Below are positions 55,930 to 64,000 of a stretch of 64,000 nucleotides of DNA, one piece after another (position 1 is the stretch's first letter; every line of letters starts with the position of its first letter). The notes beneath the pieces are model-generated. The model saw nothing but the letters and a program-made list of their open reading frames with translations. It did not search any database and had not been told where the DNA came from. The position numbers were made by a program, and so were the translations under genes. Origin of the DNA: Octopus sinensis. Taxonomy: Eukaryota. The stretch is from the NCBI RefSeq assembly GCF_006345805.1, contig NC_043005.1:37448001-37512000 (forward strand). The letters are read 5' to 3'.

Positions 55930-56330
55930 ATTATTGAATTTCTCATTGCCATTTGAAAACAGTGGAGTGTGACTTGAATGTTCTCAACTGCATTCTTTTC
56001 TATGAAGCCAAGATCTGGACTATGTGGAAGGAGCTTCAAGATGGCATTGATGATTGCATATACATCAGGCTTCTTACGAAGGCTCAAAATTTCATGAAGC
56101 ATAAGCATATGACTAATGAGGAAATTTATGGATATTTTCTGACCATTTGTAGAATTATTGCTCAAATCAACGACAGCTTTACTGGCCACTGCTTTCATGC
56201 TGAATAACTGGCCATATTAAATATGATATTTTAGAGACTTATACACCCAAGGAGAGGATGAAGACTACTCAACTACAATCTCGTTATTGGCAGAGACACA
56301 TCAGTCACATGAAGAGGAGGAGGAGGGGTG
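55930..56330 (+). mobile_element. RTE LINE RT C-terminal fragment
   Basis: ILFYEAKIWTMWKELQDGIDDCIYIRLLTKAQNFMKHKHMTNEEIYG...FTGHCFH matches LLYGAETWTL...DGCYTRLLRKA.N..W..H.TNEELYG...FAGHCFR. Confidence 0.8.
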
Positions 56331-56644
56331 AAAGAAGATAAAGAAGACAATGCAAACAAGAAGAGTGTGATTCTAAATGGATTTAGCTACTATTATTTAC
56401 TAGTATTATTATTGGCTACTATTATTTATTATCTACATGACTATGTAGAGGTTTCTTTATTTGTAATGATTGGTTGTTTGAATGAACAGATTTTTTGGTG
56501 GAATCAAAGTATACAAATGAATAATAATAGGATTAAATAATGTCCTTGAGAAATCTCTGTGTATAGTGATAGGACTGGTTTTGGTTTAAACCTTTTTGTT
56601 TCCTCCTATACACACCTTACACTTAAATGTAGCTTCTACATTAA

Positions 56645-57083
56645 TTAACCCTTCAGCATTCAAACCAGCCATACCTGGCCAAAATATTCTACATGTTTTA
56701 TGCTCAAACTGGCCAGATCTTGCCTCTCATATCTACCCCATAATGTCATTGTAAAAATAAACAATCACAAAATTAATCCTTTAGTATTCAGATTAATTCA
56801 TCAAATGTAAAGCTTATTTATTAACATTTATAAAAACTAATCATATAGTATCTTGTAGCTTCAAGATTTTGAAGATGTATTAAGAATAACACTGTGGAGA
56901 AGGTGTGAGAGGCTGGGTCTGGTCAGTTGCAATGTAAAGTAAGAATATTTGGGCCAGGTGTGGGTCGTTTAAATGCTAAAGGGTTAACATCTCCAAGCTA
57001 CAAGAAAATGCATGATTAATTCAAAACAATGTGAAAAAATAAGCCTTACATTTGACCAAGAAACATGAATGCTAAAGGGTTGA
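56645..57083 (+). mobile_element. piggyBac-type MITE carrying a nested inverted copy of the same family (inner copy 56773-56987)
   Basis: Outer ends TTAA-CCCTTCAGCATTC and GAATGCTAAAGGG-TTGA. Inner ends TTAA-TCCTTTAGTATTC and AATGCTAAAGGG-TTAA, with a TTAA duplication. Confidence 0.85.
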
Positions 57084-57933
57084 TAACTTGCACATGCCAC
57101 AACATTCTCTATGAACCCACTCCAACTAGTGGACATTTTACATTTAACTGGGTCGACACACTGCCAGTTCGCTATTCTTTTCACCTTACTACATTTTATC
57201 ATTATTCACCTTGTTTGTTTTTGTAATACCTTCATGCTGTTAGGTTCCCTACATTCCTCCCACCTGTTTATCTCCTCTTTCCTTTCATTTACACTCTTTG
57301 TTGTTAATAACAGATCATCTCCATACAGTAACTCTCATATTAAACTACAATTTATACTTTCAGTGAAAAACTAAGTTCACATTTACAAATACTAGAAGTC
57401 TTGATATTGGTTTCTGCTGCACTCTTACTGTCTCTTCAATCTGTTCTTTCCATCGTAATATATCAGTCTCAGGGTGATGCCTGGCAAAACATTTTGCCAG
57501 GCATTTTGTTGTGTCCTTGACATTCTAAGTTCAAATTCTGCCAAGGTCATCATTTCATTTTCATTATTCTAGTGTCAATTAAATATGTACCAATAAAATA
57601 ATGGAGCCATATAATCAATAGCTACCCACCTTACCTTAATTTCTGGCTTCATGCAAATATTATAAATCATTATATTTTTATTGATATTTTAATTATTAGA
57701 GCAATGACTGGCAGAATTGGTAGACTATTGAACAAAATTCAAGATGTTTTTCTCTTTTTGGTTATGTTCTTAGCTTTGAAACTTACCAAAGTTAACTTTG
57801 CCTTTTCTCTTGCAAACTGATAGAATTAGGCACCCTTCTTCCACAATTTATAGCTTCATTCCAAAGTCAGAAATATTACAACTAATAATAACAACAACAA
57901 CAACAACAGCAGCAGTAGCAGCAGCAATGATAG

Positions 57934-57984
<51 letters not shown>

Positions 57985-58074
57985 GAACAGCACATCCTTC
58001 TAGGGTCGATAAAATAATAAAAACTGCAATAATAAAATTTAAAACAGCAAAATAATACTAATAATGATGGTTTC

Positions 58075-59450
58075 AAATTCTGGCAAAAGGTTAGTAGTTT
58101 TACTGGAGAGGATAGGCTGATTACAGTGGCCTCCAGGACTCAACTGGTACTTATTTAATTGTAGGATGACAGGCAAAGTCAACCTCAGTGGAATTTGAAC
58201 TCAGAATATAAAGATGGGTGAAATCCCTTAAGGATTTTGCTCAATGTGTTAATGATTCTGCCATCTTGCCACCTAAAATAGTAATCATCAACATCATCAT
58301 CATTTAAAGTCCATTGTCCATGCTGGCATGGGTTGAACGGTTTGACCAGAGTTGGTATGTTTCCAGAATCATTAAATTGCAAGTGCACTTTCATCCATTT
58401 CTCTCCTATAACCTCACGACTTTCTCTCGCACACTGTCTTGCAATCTGAAACACTTCAGTTTTTTGGTACTCACGTCACTGAACATAGGCAAACTTCTTC
58501 TTTTCTGCTTCTCCCTTGGTTAGATATACCTGTCTCCTAGTTTCCCTTCAGGCTATCTGATATAGTTCCCTGCTACCCTCCACTCGTTCAGGACTTCTAG
58601 GCCTGTTTCTTTGCTCTAATGGACCTCTCTACGACATCATTCCACCACCACATTACCTTAAGTCTGGATGGGAATTTGCACCAGCTGTATATTTGGTATG
58701 TGGCATTCAGCAGGAATTCCCAGTTGCCCTCTATGTCACAAGTGTGTAGCTCCTCCTCCCTCTCATCAAATTTCTCAATTAGGATGTCCCTAAATCTCTG
58801 ACCATATGAAGGGTCTTTAAGCTTCCAAATTTTTCTTTTCCAAATTGGTCTGCTTCTTAGTGTCCTGGCTTGGAGTCTAAAATCACTAATGACTAGTCTA
58901 TGCTGCTGGCTACATTCTTCTGCTGGGTGAATCCTTTCTACTAATGGCACAAGGCCTGAAATTTTGGGGAAGGGGACTAGTAAATTACATCGATCCCAGT
59001 GTTTCACTGGTACTTATTTTATCAACCCTGAAAGGATGAAAGGCAAAGTTGACCACAGTAGAATTTGAACTCATAACGTAGCAATGGGCAAAATACTGCT
59101 CAGCAGTGTGCTAATGATTCTACCAGCTTGCAGAATAACAGCAACAACAACATGACAACAATAATGATAACAATAATAGCAATAAATAACAGCAATAATA
59201 ATAACAGTAATAACAATAAATAACAACACTAATAATTATCAGAAGAGAAAGCAAATGGTCAGCAATTTTAGAGGGAGACAGTTCATTACATTGATGGCAG
59301 TGCTCAATTGATGCTTGTTTTATTTGCCCTGAAAGGATGAAAGGCAAAGTTGACTGCAATAGGGTTTGAACTCTGTATGTAAGATGCTGGAAGAAATACC
59401 ACTAAGCATTTTGCCTAACATGGTAACAATTGTGCAAGTTTACTGCCTCA
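58075..59450 (-). mobile_element. Second cluster of SINE family E copies (about 58075-58275, 58930-59130, 59255-59450) with an RTE fragment between the first two
   Basis: Same diagnostic block as 6135-6870, with (TAA/CAA)n-rich spacers. Confidence 0.75.
58500..58925 (-). mobile_element. RTE LINE fragment (end of AP endonuclease plus linker)
   Basis: Open frame AEECSQQHRLVISDFRL...RKIWKLKDP...EGNWEFL...VMWWWNDVVERSIRAKKQA, with QHRLV.SDF and WWWN motifs. Confidence 0.85.
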
Positions 59451-59659
59451 ATGATGATTATGGTGATGATGATGATGATAATTAAATAAAATTATTATCA
59501 TTGTTGTTGTTGTTGTTTTCTGTAGTTTGTATATTCAATGTAGGTGCCAACACTGTAATATACATTGGTTACTCTAAGTGATACAAACATCTATATTGTG
59601 ATCATGCTTGATTGCATCTGTAGTTATCTGAGGTAGAATGGAAGCTTTCCTGACAATGT

Positions 59660-60350
59660 AGAAAGCTCAAAATTTGGAATTATAAATGGTTAGCAATAAC
59701 AAGAATTCTCTATAGGCAGTATCCTGTTTCCAAGTATAGTATCACCAATTACAAAGCAATCATTTGTCTTCTTTGTTCACAGTTATAATAACATCAAGTT
59801 TTCGTTGTTCTATGATTTGGTTTGTTCCAATGTTAAGTCGGATTTCTTGCTTACTCGTTTGCTGGGAACTTTTCATTTACATTGTTCGTACTACTTTGCA
59901 GATACTTAAAATTCATACATTTGGTGCAGATTCTAATAGAGATTGTGACTCGGTTTGTAATAATACAACTTTTGTAATCTTTCAGGCTTAACATTTTTCA
60001 ACCACGAATTCTGCTTCATGTTCCATCTTCTCCCCATTCCCCATTTGTGATATATTATAGTTAACTAGCTCATAGACGTAATGTCTCTTCTAACACAATT
60101 TCTTTTGAATGTGTGATCAACATTAGTTGACTAACAGTTCCTCATTTTAGCTCCTCTTTGCATAACCAATTCAAGGATTTCTGTCATAAGCTTGCTTGTA
60201 TCTTTCTCAAACTGAGCATGAAATAGCATATTTTTCTTTCATCCTAAATTGCCGTCTTTCTAATCGTGCTTTCTATTTTGCCTTCACATCTGATTTTCTC
60301 CTTATCTAACTTGGCAGCAGATGCTATTATGCTACGGTTACAAATTTTCA
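59660..60350 (-). mobile_element. Second R4/Dong-clade LINE 3' fragment, highly decayed
   Basis: Fragments HAQFEKDT, KSLNWLCKEELK*GTVSQL, MEHEAEFVVEK and NIGTNQIIEQRKLDVIITVNKEDK fit the R4 RT C-terminus and the RLE (RPD-like) region. Confidence 0.6.
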
Positions 60351-60461
60351 TTATTTTTAAGATACAGTTCGCAGTTTTCTATATATATATATATATATAT
60401 ATATTTGTGAGTGTGTGAGTTAACCCATAGCAGCATGGAAAGCAGACATTAAATGATGATG

Positions 60462-60521
<60 letters not shown>

Positions 60522-60910
60522 TATATACATATATATGTATACATATATATGTATATATAAATGTATACATATATGTATATGTATACATATATATGTATAT
60601 ATATATATGCGTATATATATATACATATATACATGTAAATATATATATACATATATACGCATATATATATATACATATATATATATACATGTATATATGT
60701 ATATATATATATATATGTATATATGTGCATATGTATATATGTGTATATGTATATATGTGTATATATATATATATGTATGTATATATATATTTATGTATGT
60801 ATATATATGTATATATGTATATATGTATATATGTATATAATATATATATATATGTATATATATATGCATATATATACATATATGTATATATATATATATA
60901 TACATATATG
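60462..60910. repeat. Long TA/TG compound microsatellite
   Basis: Read directly. Confidence 0.97.
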
Positions 60911-61120
60911 GTAGACCCAGGAAGATATGGGATGAGGTAGTCAAGTATGACCCCCAAATATTGGGCCTCCCAGAGGTTACAACAAAAGACCGAAACCTCT
61001 GGAGATATGCTTTGACGGCGAAGACCCGACAAATGAAGTGAGTTCATGGCTCACAGGACAGCCTGCTGTGCTAACCTTGGATCATAGGGTGATCTGCTGT
61101 TCTTGAGGAGAAGGCTGACA
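60910..61120 (+). mobile_element. RTE LINE ORF end and start of 3' UTR, interrupted by the HHR element
   Basis: [43 protein letters not shown]. Confidence 0.8.
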
Positions 61121-61145
61121 GGAAGCATTGATGCTTCCTAGGGCT

Positions 61146-61570
61146 AAATAGCAGTGATATGATTCTCTTCATGGGACTGTCACATTAAGTTGACAGTATA
61201 CAACTACTCTACCATACCACTACTGCTTATATCTCTCTGAGATATTTAGAAATGTAATATTTCTATTTTTGTAATCAGTGGATTTATTTCACTAGAATTC
61301 TTATATGTTTACAAAGGATAGACAGGCATCTTCAACTAGCAGGCCATGCTACTCCAGACTGATGATGAGTAAAGACACAGAAACTAGTCTCTGGGTGCAG
61401 GCTTAGCTGGGTGGAGGTGCTTGTCTCCCCCTTGTAAACATAAGGACACAGGAAATAGCAATGGTGTGATTCCTTTCTTGGGACTGTCACATTAAGTTGA
61501 CAGTATACAACTACTCTATCATACCGCTACTGCTTATATCTCTCTGAGATATTTAGAAATGTAATATTTT
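61146..61570 (+). mobile_element. HHR-bearing non-autonomous element (retrozyme-like or Penelope pLTR-derived), about 1.4 copies of a 307-bp unit
   Basis: Direct repeats 61172-61262 and 61479-61569 (91 bp, 2 mismatches, offset 307 bp), with looser similarity back to 61146 and 61453. They enclose the HHR at 61354-61394. The element interrupts an RTE 3' end and terminates in (TA)n. Confidence 0.62.
61354..61394 (+). ncRNA. Minimal type I hammerhead ribozyme with intact catalytic core and palindromic stem III
   Basis: CCAGA(61354-58) CTGATGA(61359-65) TGAGT-AAAG-ACACA(61366-79) GAAAC(61380-84) TA GTC(61387-89) TCTGG(61390-94). Stem I CCAGA/TCTGG is perfect. Stem II has 4 of 5 pairs. The CUGANGA and GAAA boxes are canonical, stem III reads ACTAGT (palindrome), and the cleavage triplet is GUC. 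Confidence 0.82.
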
Positions 61571-61614
61571 TACATTTATATATATATATATATATGTATA
61601 TGTATGTGTATATT

Positions 61615-61872
61615 GTGCTGATGGCACGTAAAAGCACCATCCAACCGTGGCCGTTTGCCAGCACCGTCTGGCACCTGTGCCTGTGGCATGCAAAAAGCAC
61701 CCACTACACTCACGGAGTGGTTGGCGTTAGGAAGGACATCCAGCCGTAGAAACATTGCCAGATCAGACTGGGCCTGGAGCAGCCTTTTGGCTTCCCAGAC
61801 CCCAGTTGAACCGTCGAACCCATGCTAGCATGGAAAGCGGATGCTAAATGATGATGGTGATGATGATGATGA
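61615..61872 (+). mobile_element. RTE 3' UTR with (GAT)n tail, CpG-rich and probably young
   Basis: GGCACGTAAAAGCACC...GGTTGGCGTTAGGAAGGACATCCAGCCGTAGAAACATTGCCAGATCAGACTGG...CCCATGCTAGCATGGAAAGCGGATGCTAAATGATGATG. The same family recurs in either orientation at about 9545, 27712, 38660, 46830, 47055, 50620, 53500, 58290 and 60420. Confidence 0.8.
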
Positions 61873-62025
61873 TATATATGCATATATGTATGTATATATA
61901 TGCATATATGTATATATATGCATATATATATGTATATGCATATATGTATGTATATATATATACATGCATATATATGTATGTATATATATGCATATATGTA
62001 TGTATATATATGTATATATACGTAT

Positions 62026-62056
<31 letters not shown>

Positions 62057-62108
62057 CGTATGTATATATATATAAATATATATATATATACGTATGTATA
62101 TATATATA
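61872..62108. repeat. TA/TATG compound microsatellite abutting a (GAT)n LINE tail
   Basis: Read directly. Confidence 0.95.
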
Positions 62109-62254
62109 TTCAGGAGCATATTCACCATCTGCTTCAATTACTGCTTCCCATTTGCTTGGCAGACGGTCAGACTGTCATATAAAGATGTCTTTGTCAAATA
62201 TTGTTATTGTTGAATAAAATTTATTTTAAAAAGCCTCAATAATTATGCACCAAC

Positions 62255-62302
<48 letters not shown>

Positions 62303-62829
62303 CATGCATGTGTATGTGTGCATTATATCATTGTATTTGTAGGTACATATATATATGCAAATATATGTGTTATGTATATGCATTTATATGTATATATGAT
62401 ATATAAGTATGAATACATACACACATGCACACACACACACTCATATACACACACACACATATGTTTTCTTATATTGGAACAAACCCAGCAGTACATATTG
62501 ATCCTCATCTAGCAGATATTTTACCCATATAAAGAAGATGAGTCATGTTGGATCACAGATGAAGACCGCCATATTATTTTTAATGGAGTTTCTTCTAGAC
62601 CTATGGAATATTGATTTCACATTACTCCATCTAATGATTGCTCTTACTATATTGCAAAACTGCAACTACCCAGCAATTAATTGAATCAATGTGGTTGCAA
62701 GCATAAAGTTTCATTTTTAACCGCTGATTTCACTATTTATATAGACAGACATATATATATATACATATGTGTGTGTATGTGTGTATATATATGTGTATGT
62801 GTGTGTTTGATATATATATATATATATGA

Positions 62830-62985
62830 TCTTTCTTTCTCCTATGTTTCCGACGAAGAGCTCCACTCGAAACATCATACCCTCCTTCTTCCCTTCTTTC
62901 CTGAGCGCCCAATAATACTTTATTTGTTCCACATCCTCGCGTTGTTGTCTTTTTGTTTTCTTGTTTGGATTAACTTTATTTATAT
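62830..62985 (+). mobile_element. Penelope-like terminal repeat fragment with a decayed HHR-like motif at 62846-62880
   Basis: GTTT CCGACGA A GAG-CTCCA-CTC GAAAC ATC ATAC, followed by a pyrimidine-rich tail ending in (TA)n. It resembles the CTGANGAAG..GAAACGT signature of Penelope-type ends, but the core and stem III are mutated. Confidence 0.5.
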
Positions 62986-64000
62986 ATCTGTGTATGTGTA
63001 TATATACTCAATATATACACCCTCTCTATCTCACATATTACTTTTAATACCTGAATTAACTATAAGATTAGGTAACTGCAATCAAACACACACATACACA
63101 AATACATGCCTGCACACACATGCACACATACACACACACACAATTACATGCACACACATGCATGCAAACATACACACACACACACACACACACACACCAT
63201 CTGTTCATGTCTGCTTTTCCCTACTTGCATGGGTTAGATATCCTTTTTTGGATACAGATTTTCCACAGCTGGATACCCTTTCTGTCACCAACTCTTAATT
63301 TGTTTCTATGCTAATGATGATGATGATGATGATGAATGTAATATCTTTCCCTAGATGAACATGTTTTCTAGAAAGATTTTATTGCTCCCTGTGCTCAACT
63401 TCTACTTATTTTACACTGCTTGTATGATGGTGATGCTTCTTTACAGCTATCACTCGATGATCAGACAAGGAGATATCAACATGCATGCATACATTCACAC
63501 TCATGCATGCACACATACATATGTGACAGGCTTCCACACAGTTTCTGTCATAAAAATTCATTCGTTTGGTCAGCTTAGGACTATAGTAGAAGACTTCTAC
63601 TCAAGATGCCACACAGTGGTTGGGCAGCACCTTTCTCAAGCATATAGCCATGCCTGTGCCTATAATAATGATGTCAATGATATATAAATACACACATGCA
63701 TACACAAATGTATTTTCAAATGCTAAGAATGTTTACATATTTCCCCATTTTTTAATGCCCTAAATATTAATTGAGAAGTGTCAGATTTCTTTGTTATTTC
63801 TGTAAAACAACTTAAGCGGTTTGATTGAGATCATAGTGGGCGTTTTTCATATGGACATAAATAAAGGAATTAGAGAAACCAAAAGAGTGCCTAAATCTGA
63901 TTCCTCCCCCACAACAACATACGTGGTAACATAATTAATTCCAATTTTTGGCAAAGCTAAGTCTTTTTCAAAATGTCAAGAATCCAGAAATGAGTAGCCA

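Overview
AT-rich, repeat-saturated, apparently intronic or intergenic animal DNA. The SINE, LINE and microsatellite content is most consistent with a cephalopod (Octopus-like) genome; this is inferred from repeat character, not from a search. No host protein-coding gene can be supported. Nearly every long ORF in the track is a microsatellite artefact or a decayed transposon fragment. Recognisable elements: a mariner fossil, two DD37D (maT-type) Tc1/mariner fragments, an internally deleted piggyBac whose termini match a local TTAA MITE family, RTE, CR1-like and R4/Dong LINE fragments, a Penelope-like fragment, and several tRNA-derived SINE families. The most striking signal is four different hammerhead ribozyme (HHR)-type motifs. 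The best is an intact minimal type I HHR with a palindromic stem III (61354-61394). It lies inside a 307-bp unit bounded by near-identical direct repeats, which looks like a retrozyme or circular-RNA-derived insertion. A second, with an intact core and an unusually long stem II, sits at the inversion junction of a Penelope-like element (26161-26245, minus). A third sits in the loop of a 136-bp foldback (22845-23182), and a fourth is degenerate (62846-62880). All ribozyme calls come from manual base-pairing and none is experimentally or computationally verified.
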